A DNA stretch of 57,656 nucleotides. Source: Macrostomum lignano (lineage: Eukaryota). A program made the position numbers and the translations under genes. The DNA is taken from the NCBI GenBank assembly GCA_002269645.1, contig NIVC01004154.1:1-57656 (forward strand), written 5' to 3'. Position 1 is the first letter of the stretch. Each line of letters begins with the position of its first letter. The notes below the pieces were generated by a model, which was not told where the DNA came from, did no database searches, and saw only the letters and a list, made by a program, of their open reading frames with translations. Positions 34,899 through 47,930 of the stretch are shown here, piece by piece.

Positions 34899-35820
34899 AT
34901 TTTTCTAGGCTAGTCCAATATGTGCAAATGGTTAATAATTATTTGGTCTGCTACTAGTTGTCTAGGCCTACCATTTTTAATTTACAAAAATATGATAAAA
35001 TTATTTTTTGCCAAAAATTAAAAAATATATATATGATATCAGTTTAATGACTATGAGTTTATAATGAAATAGTGATAATATAATAAACTTATTTCTTCAT
35101 ATTACAAGAGTTATTCATTGGAGATAATGATAAAGGATAAAGATAATGATCATTTTTTTATACAACTTTATGATTGCATTGAAATTGCTCAAAATAAAAT
35201 TCACATTAAAATCAATATTCAATGCTTCAGTTGACTATTGAATATCTTCTTTAGGTCATTCCATTGCTAAATTATGGCTTATTAAGTGATAGGTCCAAGA
35301 AAATAAATTGCAATTTTAACCTGACTATTAGAAAAACTTTGTTTATAGTCATAAAGATTTATTCTTAAGGTCAGTTACAAGCTAGGAAGCATTTTCAAGC
35401 TAAAAAATAGGGCCAAAAAGAGAAAGGTAGGGCCATTGTACATCTAGCTCATATGCATAATGTCTTTATATTAGTGAATTAGATCACTTTTCAAGGTAAG
35501 TTTTAATTTGAGCAATTTCAATGTGACGAAAAAAAATTATGTACAAACAATCACTATCCCAACAAACATCCCTTGGCCTTATAGTGACAATTGACAATAA
35601 ATTTTGAAGTATGACCATATCTAAAATAATAATTCACACATGTTGTCCTGATCACAACTTTCTGGACATCCCTCATATCTACATAGATTATATGTAAAAC
35701 TATACATAATACCTATGACCCTTTGTTAAATGATGAGTCTTTCTAATCCAATTTCAGTGGTCCATTGGCATAGCAACAAAGCCTTGAATCAAGTGGACTT
35801 TTTGCAGTTGCCAGACTTAG

Positions 35821-38800
35821 ATGCAGCCAAACCCGGTCCGCTTAAGGCCCGGAGACCGATGCACCTGCTGCCCGAACGGCTACCACGTGGACAGAAGTTA
35901 TCTGGACGCTGTTGGCGCGACCAGCAACTACTCGATGGAGAGCTCCAGATCGGCTTATCAACGATCTACAACTACAATGCAGAATGGATCTGTGCTGTCT
36001 TCCTATGAGCAGCAACAGCAGAGAAGCAGCGCTTATTACAGCGACGCCGGCAGCAGCAGGCGGCCTCCCGGCAGTGCCAGCGGCGCCAGCTACAACGGCG
36101 AGCCAGGTATTAATCCGGACGATGAGGGCGACTTTTTTGCCACCTACGGCACTAAGCTGGACAGGCGAACGGTGCGTCGGGATTTAGAGGCCGACGAGAA
36201 TCGGCAACGTGATGAGGAGGAGGCCAAACGACGTCAGCAGGAGGCCCAGCGGGAGCAGGAGCGAGAGCGGCGGCGGCAGGAGCGGCGCCGGCGAAAGCAG
36301 CAACAGCAGCAGCAGCAGCTGGAGGAGAAGCAGCCGTCGCCCAGGCGACTGTCGCCTATGCCAGAGAGCTCACCGCCTAAGGTGTCTAGAAGGGCACCGC
36401 CTCCGCCTCCTCCACCGCCGCCGCCGCCCCAGCCGCCTAGGCCGAATCGGCGGCTAAACGAGCTTGAGAAGCTGCTGCCGCATCTGGAGGAGCAGTTCAA
36501 AAGCCTGCGGGACGCGGAGCCGCCAGCAGAAGCCACTCCACCGCAGAAGCCTCGCCGAGAAACAAAAACTTCGACAGCGCAGACGGATCCGGACAGCCCG
36601 CCGCCGACACCGCTACCGACTGTCAGCAAATCCACCGAGACTGAGCGACCGCCTGTGGCGGGCTATCGAACCCAGTCTACTGGCACCGACGATTTTAGTC
36701 GGTCGGCCTCGGTCAAGGCCGCCGCCGCTGCCGACGAGTCCGACGGCGAACCGGTGCAAAAGAAGCCGGCAGTAGCGGCTAAACAGCCGCCGCCAGCTGT
36801 GCCGCCGAAACCGGCTGTGAAGAAGCGTCCGCTACCTCTGTTGAGCGCGTGCGTTGGAACTGACCCGCTGCCGCCGCCGCCGCCGCCGCCGCCTCCACCA
36901 CCGCAGTCAGATGCCAGCGTCATCACCGATCCGCTTCCGCCACCTCCTCCCCTGACCGACTCCAGCGTTGTCACCGACCCTTTGTTGCCTCCGCCGCCTC
37001 AGTCCGACGCCAGCGTGTCCACCGATGCGCCGCCTCAGCTTGTGCACTTCGGCCAGCAGATCTCCGCTTCAGACGATCCGGCCGAGGTGCTTGAAGATTC
37101 CATTCCGGCGCCGCCTGCGCCGCTTGCCGAATTGGCGCCGCCGCCTGCCCGTGTGCCACCGTCCGAGGCCGGCCTGCCGCCCATTCTTGACGATCCGCGA
37201 GTTCAGGACGATGACGACAATAACAATGGTTGCGAGTGCATCGAGGAGACGATCATACCGGAGCGGGCTAACGTCGTGGAGACGGGCACCAGCACCACCT
37301 TCAGCTGGATGTTTCCCTCGCAGGCGACGAGTACAGACGACTTGCCGCAGCCTCCGCTGCCCGAACCGCCGGCGCATTCAAAGCCGGAGAGCAGCGACTT
37401 TGAGCAGCAGTTCAGTCCGCCGCCGCCGCCGCCCTCCAGTTCAACAGACACGGCCGTTTCCACTGTCCGCGTGCTTACCAACTGCAGCGACACTCAGACG
37501 GACCCGCTGCCCTCGCCGCCAACTCCGCCGTCGCCGCCACCGACGCCGTCTCCATCGCCAGCTCCGGTCGTGTCAGTCGGTGTCGGCGATTTCGACGTTT
37601 GCGACGTTGAAATGGCGACAAAATCGTGCGGCACAGACGGAGGCCCCGCCGCCCCGATGGTGACGTCGAATGTCGAATGTCGGATGCTGAAGTTAGTCGA
37701 CGTTGGGTCGGAATTCTCCTTGCACACGCATGCAACCTCGGCTCGCGACTCCGGTTCGTTCCATCGGCAGGAGGCGGAGGCGACCTCTGCAACTACGATG
37801 TCGGCCAGCTATCGTCAGAAGCATGAAGAGAAGCAACAGATTCTGCAACAGAGGCAGCAATTAGAGCAAGCTTATCAGCAGAAACTGCAGCTAATCGAAC
37901 GCGAGCATGTTAGCACAGTGAATCATCTCAGGTCAGTGATAACAGAACTGGAGAGACAGGTGAGCACGTATCAGTCAACTGTAGTTGAGCTGAAGCAGCA
38001 GCAGTCGGCAGCATCAAAGTCAATCCGCAGGCGCAATGTTGGCCTAATTGTGAAACCATCCTGTCGCGATGTCGGCATCAATTTTGTCGCCGAGGAGGCC
38101 AAACCGTCTCAACGTTCCGTCGGTATCGGCGTCGAACTCCAGCCGCCGGCGGCCAGCAGCAGCAGTAGCAGCAGGATTGAAGAATCGACCAGATCATCCA
38201 CAACTAGAAGCGAAAGTTCTCTGCTCAACTCGGTTCAGCAGTCGTCCACAGAAGTGGTGGCTCCCGCGCCTACGCCGCCGCCAGTCACGTCCACAACCAT
38301 AATTAGCCAGAGGCACGCCGCTCAGACCATCATCCAACAGTTGCACCAGACCTACGGTATTAGCACTGTTGAGCTTGTCAATCTTATTAGTCAGCTCCTA
38401 CGACGCGACGTTAGAAGCTGCGGACTACAGGTTAGGGTGCAATGTTTGTTATTGTTGTAGACCTAGTTTATGTTGATAGCCGCTTTACTAAACTGTCTTG
38501 TCTGTCAGGTACGCTCTCTGTCAGCTGTAGGTCAGCCTGTAGTTGTCTGTCAATCTGTAACTGTCTGTCAGATAGGCCAACAGTCAGTCTGTAATTGTCT
38601 GTCAGATGGGCCAACAGTCAGTCTGTAATTGTCTGTCAGTTAGTCCAACAGGCAGTCTGTAATTGTCAGATGGGCCAACAGTCAGTCTGTAATTGTCTGT
38701 CAGTTAGGCCAACAGTCAGTCTGTAATTGTCTGTCAGTTAGGCCAACAGTCAGTCTGTAATTGTCTGTCAGATGGGCCAACAGTCAGTCTGTAATTGTCT

Positions 38801-41800
38801 GTCAGTTAGGCCAACAGGCAGTCTGTAATTGTCTGTCAGTTAGGCCAACAGGCAGTCTGTAATTTTCAGATGGGCCAACAGGCAGTCTGTAATTGTCTGT
38901 CAGATGGGCCAACAGGCAGTCTGTAATTGTCTGTCAGTTAGGCCAACAGGCAGTCTGTAATTGTCAGATGGGCCAACAGGCAGTCTGTAATTGTCTGTCA
39001 GATGGGCCAACAGTCAGTCTGTAATTGTCTGTCAGTTAGGCTAACAGGCAGTCTGTAATTGTCTGTCAGTTAGGCCAACAGTCAGTCTGTAATTGTCTGT
39101 CAGATAGGCCAACAGTCAGTCTGTCTGTAATTGTCTGTCAGATGGGCCAACAGTCAGTCTGTAATTGTCTGTCAGTTAGGCCAACAGTCAGTCTGTAATT
39201 GTCTGTCAGTTAGGCCAACAGTCAGTCTGTAATTGTTTGTCAGCCTGTAATTGTCTATCCGATAGGTCAACAGTCGGTCTGTAACTGTCTGTCAGATGGG
39301 CCAACAGGCAGTCTGTAATTGTCAGATGGGCCAACAGTCAGTCTGTAATTGTCTGTCAGTTAGGCCAACAGGCAGTCTGTAATTGTCAGATGGGCCAACA
39401 GTCAGTCTGTAATTGTCTGTCAGTTAGGCCAACAGTCAGTCTGTAATTGTCTGTCAGATGGGCCAACAGTCAGTCTGTAATTGTCTGTCAGTTAGGCTAA
39501 CAGTCAGTCTGTAATTGTCTGTCAGTTAGGCCAACAGGCAGTCTGTAATTGTCTGTCAGTTAGGCCAACAGGCAGTCTGTAATTGTCAGATGGGCCAACA
39601 GGCAGTCTGTAATTGTCTGTCAGATGGGCCAACAGTCAGTCTGTAATTGTCTGTCAGTTAGGCTAACAGGCAGTCTGTAATTGTCTGTCAGTTAGGCCAA
39701 CAGTCAGTCTGTAATTGTCTGTCAGTTAGGCTAACAGTCAGTCTGTAATTGTCTGTCAGTTAGGCCAACAGTCAGTCTGTAATTGTCTGTCAGTTAGGCC
39801 AACAGTCAGTCTGTAATTGTGTGTCAGTTAGGCCAACAGTCAGTCTGTAATTGTCTGTCAGTTAGGCCAACAGGCAGTCTGTAATTGTCAGATGGGCCAA
39901 CAGTCAGTCTGTAATTGTCTGTCAGTTAGGCCAACAGTCAGTCTGTAATTGTCTGTCAGATGGGCCAACAGTCAGTCTGTAATTGTCTGTCAGTTAGGCC
40001 AACAGGCAGTCTGTAATTGTGTGTCAGTTAGGCCAACAGGCAGTCTGTCTGTAATTGTCTGTCAGATGGGCCAACAGTCAGTCTGTAATTGTCTGTCAGT
40101 TAGGCCAACAGTCAGTCTGTAATTGTCTGTCAGTTAGGCCAACAGTCAGTCTGTAATTGTTTGTCAGCCTGTAATTGTCTATCCGATAGGTCAACAGTCG
40201 GTCTGTAACTGTCTGTCAGATGGGCCAACAGGCAGTCTGTAATTGTCAGATGGGCCAACAGTCAGTCTGTAATTGTCTGTCAGTTAGGCCAACAGGCAGT
40301 CTGTAATTGTCAGATGGGCCAACAGTCAGTCTGTAATTGTCTGTCAGTTAGGCCAACAGTCAGTCTGTAATTGTCTGTCAGATGGGCCAACAGTCAGTCT
40401 GTAATTGTCTGTCAGTTAGGCCAACAGGCAGTCTGTAATTGTCTGTCAGTTAGGCCAACAGGCAGTCTGTAATTGTCAGATGGGCCAACAGGCAGTCTGT
40501 AATTGTCTGTCAGATGGGCCAACAGTCAGTCTGTAATTGTCTGTCAGTTAGGCTAACAGGCAGTCTGTAATTGTCTGTCAGTTAGGCCAACAGTCAGTCT
40601 GTAATTGTCTGTCAGTTAGGCTAACAGTCAGTCTGTAATTGTCTGTCAGTTAGGCCAACAGTCAGTCTGTAATTGTCTGTCAGTTAGGCCAACAGTCAGT
40701 CTGTAATTGTGTGTCAGTTAGGCCAACAGTCAGTCTGTAATTGTCTGTCAGTTAGGCCAACAGGCAGTCTGTAATTGTCAGATGGGCCAACAGTCAGTCT
40801 GTAATTGTCTGTCAGTTAGGCCAACAGTCAGTCTGTAATTGTCTGTCAGATGGGCCAACAGTCAGTCTGTAATTGTCTGTCAGTTAGGCCAACAGGCAGT
40901 CTGTAATTGTGTGTCAGTTAGGCCAACAGGCAGTCTGTAATTGTGTGTCAGTTAGGCCAACAGTCAGTCTGTAATTGTCTGTCAGTTAGGCCAACAGTCA
41001 GTCTGTAATTGTGTGTCAGTTAGGCCAACAGTCAGTCTGTAATTGTCTGTCAGTTAGGCCAACAGTCAGTCTGTAATTGTCTGTCAGTTAGGCCAACAGT
41101 CAGTCTGTAATTGTTTTCAGTCTGCAATCGTCTATAAAAAATTCCCTCGATTTGCCCCCAGGTGTCTCCAGAGACGCAGTCGCTGGGCACGGCGGCCCCA
41201 GACGGGTCTGTGTACACCGAATCGAAGGGCACAGGCGACGAGGACGAGATGCGCACGGATGTCCGTCAGGTCCGCGAGCACCTGCTCCGAGGCGCCTCTG
41301 TGCAGGCGAAATCGCCAATGTCAAATAAATTCGCCTTCACCGAACGAGTTTATAACTACGAGGCGGCTACGAATACTCTGCACCCGACTTATCGGGACGC
41401 GCACACTTCGACTGGTCCTGAGCTCAGCTCGGCGACAGTTCAGAATGCGTCACCCACTCGGATCGGCAATCAGCAGGTTCGAGTTGAGAGCAGCAGTCAC
41501 TCTACAACTGTTAATCGGGCTCAGACTCAGAGCGCCTCCGTGTTCGACTGGTCAGTGGCCGGGCCGCGGCCGTACGCCCGGACGCAGATTCCCATGCGAG
41601 GCTCAGCAGTGCCAGACGATTTGCCAATTCGTCGGTACAGCGGCGATCACGGCGACGACGACAATTCGATGCCGACAACGCCGGAGACGCCGCCGAGATC
41701 GATTTTGTCGGCCGCCGGCGTCAGGTCTACGCTGGTTGGTGACAACGCCAAGTCGGCCAAGACCGTCACCTTCGATGCTATCGAGGTGGTGAGACGGTGA

Positions 41801-44800
41801 GTTCCGCTGGGTTGTAAAGATGTACAGCCACTGATGTCTGTACTAGCTATGACTTAGGCTTATGACTGATCATATACTAGCTATGACCGATCATATACTA
41901 GCTATGACCGATCATATACTAGCTATGACCGTTCATTTACTAGCTATGACCTAGGCTATGATCGATCATATACTAGCTATGACCTAGGCTTATGACTGAT
42001 CATATACTAGCTATGACCGATCATATACTAGCTATGACCTCGGCTATGATCGATCATATACTAGCTATGACCTAGGCTATGATCGATCATATACTAGCTA
42101 TGACCTAGGCTATGATCGATCATATACTAGCTATGACCTAGGCTTATGACTGATTATATGCTAGCTATGACCGATCATATACTAGCTATGACCGATCATA
42201 TACTAGCTATGACCTCGGCTATGATCGATTATATACTAGCTATGACCGATCATATACTAGCTATGACCTCGGCTATGATCGATTATATACTAGCTATGAC
42301 CTAGGCTATGATCGATCATATACTAGCTATGACCTAGGCTTATGACTGATTATATGCTAGCTATGACCGATCATATACTAGCTATGACCTCGGCTATGAT
42401 CGATTATATACTAGCTATGACCTAGGCTTATGACTGATCATATGCTAGCTATGACCTAGACTATACCTAGACCATGACCGAGTATGTACTAGACATAACC
42501 TAGGCTATTACTGATAATTTAACTAGCTATGACTTATGCTATATGATCGATTGCATATTAGCTATGACCGATCATTTACTAGCTATTGTCTACCCTATTG
42601 ACTGATCATGTACTGACTATGACCAATTATACTGGGGATTACCCCTACTATATACTAGCTGTAAACAGCAATATAATGACTATTGCGATTCCTACTAGCC
42701 AATGACCAACTGGTACCACATCGTTGCTAATCCAGTTTACTTACTAAATATTCTACTATAAAATCTTAATTTGGTGGAATCCACATATCCGAAATACTCA
42801 GCCTTTGCTTGTTCTCATCGTTGCTTTATGCCAGTGGCCAAGATTTTTTATTGACCAAATTTTATTGACGCATGGCGCATAATCACATAGTTTCTCACGG
42901 AAATTCGTAGAGGAGTTTTACTATGAATAACAGTTTTTGTATAGTTAGTTAGTTTGTATAGTTTGTATGTGAGTTGATTCTGCTATTGTTATTGCTATCA
43001 ACGCTATTTTGCATTCTTGTGCTGGAATTTGGCACATTTTGCAACCCTAGAATATAAGAGAATTGCTTGCTGAAAGCGCAGACCACAGAATGGAAAAGAA
43101 CTAACATTATGACTAAGTTTTGGCCCCACCCAGCTGCTTGCCACAAGCTGCCCTGCTCACAGGTTGTGTCTCTGAATTACTGGTCAGCTCTGCTCTTCAT
43201 AGTTTGCTTCAGTACAGATGCCGACCTTAGCTGTTCCCTTTTTGAGCCTTTTCTGTTCAAACTTCTCCCTTACTGCTAGACTCTCACTGTCTCCCTTGCT
43301 GCTAGACTTTCACCGTCTCCCTTGCTGCTAGACTCTCACTGTCTCCCTTGCTGCTAGACTCTCACTGTCTCCCTTGCTGCTAGACTCTCACTGTCTCCCT
43401 TGCTGCTAGACTCTCACTGTCTCCCTTGCTGTTAGACTCTCACTGTCTCCCTTGCTGCTAGACTCTCACTGTCTCCCTTGCTGCTAGACTCTCACTGTCT
43501 CCCTTGCTGCTAGACTCTCACTGTCTCCCTTGCTGCTAGACTCTCTCTGTCTCCCTTGCTACTAGACTCTCACTGTCTCCCTTGCTGCTAGACTCTCACT
43601 GTCTCCCTTGCTAGACTCTCACTGTCTCCCTTGCTGCTAGACTCTCACTGTCTCCCTTGCTGCTAGACTCTCACTGTCTCCCTTGCTGCTAGACTCTCTC
43701 TGTCTCCCTTGCTACTAGACTCTCACTGTCTCCCTTGCTGCTAGACTCTCACTGTCTCCCTTGCTAGACTCTCACTGTCTCCCTTGCTGCTAGACTTTCA
43801 CTGTGCCTTGTTTCGCTGGCTTCTCAGGCCAGTTCCTTGCCAGTGCAATAGCTGTTGGTGTTGGATTTCATTAGCTTATTTCTCTATTCAGTTCGCACTG
43901 CTGGCTAAGTGGCTGACCCAAGGTATGCAGAAACTCTCCTGCTTTTTCTGTAGTGAGCTTTTGTTTAGTCTGTTTTATTAAATATGCGTAGAAGACTTGC
44001 GCCATTAGACCAGCTCTGGCGGTCTGGCTGTAAACAGAAATTCTCTTCTCTCTCTTTCTAGTCTTGCCTCTTATTCTATTTATTTTATTTTTTCTTGGAG
44101 CCGAACCCAGCGTACAGAAGTCAATTGCATTGCATTTTATGAATCCAGCGCTTTGCTTCCATTGCCACGCGTTTTTGGGTTTTAAAGGCTGCAAATAATT
44201 TTTTGAGTTAACCAGAAACGTCATAAACAATGGGTGGTACGCATTGTAAATAAGTTTCCTTAATTGTATTTTTACGATAAATATTTTAAACACTTGGATG
44301 TCGAAAAAAAGTTTGTCAAGTCCAATAAAATAATTATTTTAGCCAAGTTTCGTGCACGAGACCCCCATTATTGAGGCCAACTGCTCACGGAATCGAACTC
44401 AGGGACTTGAGCGCAAGTGAAATTGTGAGCTAGCAGAAGTGACACTAATACGACTTTTCGACAATTGGAAAGTTTGAGGTCATTTTTTGTTGCTACACTA
44501 AACCTTACTTAATATATAGTAATAATAATAAAAATAATTGATTATGCCTGCCCTAATGGCCAGATGTGCAACCAACAGCTCAGCCGCAGCTATTGCGCAG
44601 CGCATCTGAAGGCTGCGTACGGCTGTTCAGTCCAAGGACTGGGAGGGGGGTCGCCACACACATCCTCAATTACCCCAGCCAATGCTGGCACCCATTTTAC
44701 AGCTGGGTGAACTGAAGCAATGCAGAGTTGAGTGTCTTGCTCAAGGACAAATTGTTCCGAGTGGGTCGAGAATCGAACCCCCGACCTTCCAGTCGTGAGT

Positions 44801-47310
44801 CCGACGCTCTACCCACTAGGCTACAACCCCCTGTATATAGTTAGTATCGATTCGCATTGATTGATTAAGTGAAATTGACACTTCCAGAATTGACGAGCAG
44901 CAGCAGCAGCGGCAGCTGCCGGTTCCCGATGCTGCGAGTTCCGATTCAGCTTCCGGTTCCACAACCGACGACTCCTCTGATTCTACCGCTGGCGGAGGCG
45001 ACGCCAGTCAAAAGTTGTGCCTCACTGAGCAGCTTATTAAAGCCTGCGACACTTTTGCTACCTGGCACGAGGACTCAACTACCATTTCTGCTAGGGATTT
45101 GGTGAGCAAAGTGTTTGTGTCTGTGATGGAGTTCAGCTTATCCTTTTAGATCTGTCTATGGCATTGAACTTGTTTTGGATCCTGAGACCCAATGGAATTC
45201 ATGACTCATTGAGCTCTATGACCCAATGGCATTCATGACTCATTGAGATCGATGACCCAATGGCTTTCATGACTCACTGAGATCTATGACTCAATTGAAT
45301 TTATGACTCATTGAGATCTATGACTCATTGAGATCTATGACTCAATGGAATTTATGACTCATTGAGATCTATGACTGAATGGCATCTATGACTCATTAAG
45401 ATCTATGACTGAATGGCATTCATGACTCATTGAGATCTATGACCCAATGGCTTTCATGGCTCAGTGAACTCTATGACAAAATGGCATTTGGGACTCATTG
45501 CGACCTATGACCCAATGGCATTTATGACCCATTGAGATCTATGACTGAATGGTATCTATGACCCATTGAGATCTATAACTAAATGGTATCTATGACCCAT
45601 TGAGATCTATGACTGAATGGTATCTATGACCCATTGAGATCTATGACTAAATGGTATCTATGACCCATTGAGATCTATGACTGAATGGTATCTATGACCC
45701 ATTGAGATCTATGACTGAATGATATCTATGACCCATTGAGATCTATGACTGAATGGTATCTATGACCCATTGAGATCTATGACTGAATGGTATCTATGAC
45801 CCATTGAGATCTATGACCCATTGAGATCTATGACTGAATGGCATCTATGACCCATTGAGATCTATGACTGAATGGCATCTATGACCCATTGAGATCTATG
45901 ACTGAATGGCATCTATGACCCATTGAGATTTATGACTGAATGGAATCTATGACCCATTGAGATCTATGACTGAATGGTATCTATGACCCCTTGAGATCTA
46001 TGACTGAATGGTATCTATGACCTATTGAGATCTATTACTTACTGTCAGAGCTGAATTATTGTCCTCAAATTTCATACCGCAAACTCGCCTTTCTCACTGC
46101 ACCAGAACGAAGCCCTCGCCGTCGTGAAGGCCGAATGGTTCCGTCTGTGCTGCAATCGGCCAGTAAACGAGGTTACCGACTTTATGGACCGCGTTGGGAC
46201 CAGGTCGACTCAACTGCTGGAGAAAATGGTCAACTTCTCTGACGAAAATGTGAGCAAGTTAACTCCTGTCCACCATAGATCTCATCGCATCGAAAATTCC
46301 ACGAAATTGTTGCAATCTCATCCAGTAATAATTGGAATCCCATCCAGTAATAATTGAAATCCCATCCAGTAATATTTGAAATCCCATCCAGTATTAACTG
46401 AAATCCCATCCAGTAATATTTGAAATCCCATCCAGTATTAACTGAAATCCCATCCAGTAATATTTGAAATCCCATCCAGTAATATTTGAAATCCCATCCA
46501 GTAATATTTGAAATCCCATCCAGTAATATTTGAAATCCCATCCAGTAATATTTGAAATCCCATCCAGTAATATTTGAAATCCCATCCAGTAATAATTGAA
46601 ATCCCATCCAGTAATAATTGAAATCCCATCCAGTAATAACTGAAATCCCATCACATCCCATCTCTCAACGCTTTTGATTAGGACCCAAATCTCACTCTCT
46701 AATCCTACCTGAATTCCCTAAATCCCATTGCAAATCCCTTCAGGGCAACACGAGCCTGCACTACGCGGTCAGCCAGTCCAACTGGGCCCTGGTCCGAGCC
46801 CTGCTCTCCAGCGGCCTGATCCGAGTGGCCGACCTCACCAACAAGTCGGGCTACTCCGCCCCAATGCTAGTCGGCCTGTGCCGCCTACCCTCGTCAACAT
46901 TGGACTCGAATGGCGAAGCTGAAGACTCGCGCAGTGCGGCCAGAGACCTGCTGGCCTCGGCTGGCGACATCAACGCCAAATCGGTGCCGAGCGGCCGGAC
47001 GGCGCTGATGCTAGCAGCCGGACACGGCCGGTTGGAGTCGCTGCGACTGCTGCTGCAGCTGGGCGCCGATCCCAATCTGCAAGATGATGAAGGATTCACA
47101 GCGCTGATGCTGGCAGCTGAGCAGGGTCATCTGGACTGCGTCCGGGCTCTGCTGGCTCATCCCAATCTGGATGTGGAGCTGCAGAACAACGAAGGTGTCA
47201 CTGCGTTGAGCCTGGCTTTGGACAGCGGGCATCGGGACGCCGCGCTGCAGATCTACGCCAGGGCCAAGCTGGGCGGCCGGGCTGGCAACTTCGGTGTAAG
47301 CTGCTGCTGA
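35821..47310 (+). CDS. KANK1: KANK family protein (KN motif, coiled coil, ankyrin repeats), ~1389 aa; possible further 3' exons
   Basis: join(35821..38430,41162..41796,44888..45101,46106..46249,46744..47310), phases 0/2/0/0 consistent. KN-like CTCCPNGYHVD, coiled coil, RDVG/RSVG repeats, AEWF, N|GNTSLHYAVS, NKSGYSAPML, GRTALMLAAGHGR, QDDEGFTALMLAAEQGH, TALSLALDSGHRDAALQIY. Single-copy-type orthologue of KANK1-4; the symbol is nominal. Confidence 0.92.
38520..41115. repeat. 34-bp minisatellite (gtcagtctgtaattgtctgtcagttaggccaaca), ~2.6 kb, in KANK intron 1
   Basis: About 75 units; a rare variant block recurs at 39241 and 40165. Confidence 0.95.
41840..42620. repeat. 21-32 bp minisatellite (tactagctatgacc...gatcata) in KANK intron 2
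   Basis: Direct reading; degenerate at the 3' edge. Confidence 0.9.
43270..43800. repeat. 26-bp minisatellite (tagactctcactgtctcccttgctgc) in KANK intron 2
   Basis: About 20 units. Confidence 0.95.
44520..44831 (-). mobile_element. CORE-SINE (MIR-like) with tRNA head
   Basis: Minus-strand head GGGGTTGTAGCCTAGTGGGTAGAGCG...GGTTCGATTCTC has A and B boxes. Plus-strand cccattttacagctgggtgaactgaagcaatgcagagttgagtgtcttgctcaagg (44691-44746) resembles the recalled MIR core cccattttacagatgaggaaactgaggcacagagaggttaagtaacttgcccaagg. A/T-rich tail. Confidence 0.75.
45190..46040. repeat. 17/34-bp minisatellite (ctatgacccattgagatctatgactgaatggtat) in KANK intron 3
   Basis: Dimeric unit; degenerate at the 5' edge. 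Confidence 0.92.
46320..46650. repeat. 22-bp minisatellite (gaaatcccatccagtaatattt) in KANK intron 4
   Basis: About 14 units. Confidence 0.95.
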
Positions 47311-47439
47311 TTAACATGCGTTTGGGTGGGGATTGCCACTTCTTGTACTGGGTGTTGGTGAGCGCAAGTGTGAATGGTTGAATGTAAAACTGTGAATGAA
47401 TAAGGAGTAGTGGGAATACGTAAGTGGAAATGTTAATAA

Positions 47440-47930
47440 GTGAGTGGGAGTGTGAATGAGTGAATGGGAGTGTGAATGGGTGAGTGGGAGTGTGAATGGG
47501 TGAGTGGGAGTGTGAATGGGTGAGTGGGAGTGTGAATGGGTGAGTGGGAGTGTGAATGGGTGAGTGGGAGTGTGAATGGGTGAGTGGGAGTGTGAATGGG
47601 TAAGTGGGAGTGTGAATGGGTGAGTGGGAGTGTGAATGGGTGAGTGGGGTATGAATGAGTGAGTGGGAGTGTGAATGGGTGAGTGGGGTATGAAGGAGTG
47701 AGTGGGAGTGTGAATGGGTGAATGGGAGTGTGAATGGGTGAGTGGGGTATGAAGGAGTGAGTGGGAGTGTGAATGGGTGAATGGGAGTGTGAATGGGTGA
47801 GTGGGGTATGAAGGAGTGAGTGGGACTGTGAATGGGTGAGTGGGACTGTGAATGGGTGAGTGGGAGTGTAAATGGGTTAGTGGGAGTGTGAATGGGTGAG
47901 TGGGAGTGTGAATGGGTGAGTGGGATGGCA
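47440..47930. repeat. 18-bp G-rich minisatellite (gtgaatgggtgagtggga) downstream of the KANK ankyrin exon
   Basis: About 25 units. Confidence 0.95.

Noticed and set aside
19240-41115. CRISPR-like appearance of 33-38 bp repeats (19240-20410, 38520-41115)
   Set aside because: Units are head-to-tail with no unique spacers, the context is eukaryotic introns, and no cas genes are present.
41111-41120. Acceptor ttgttttcag at the end of the KANK intron 1 array as the true 3' splice site
   Set aside because: Out of frame with the phase-0 donor at 38430; the AG at 41160-61 gives the in-frame SCGLQ|VSPETQ.
42949-44293. Nested gene in KANK intron 2 (ORFs 43067-43279, 43784-43981, 43871-44293)
   Set aside because: No recognisable motifs and no phase-consistent splice chain.
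29398-44831. tRNA genes at 29398 and 44760-44831
   Set aside because: They have A/B boxes but no complete cloverleaf acceptor stem and run on into SINE bodies.
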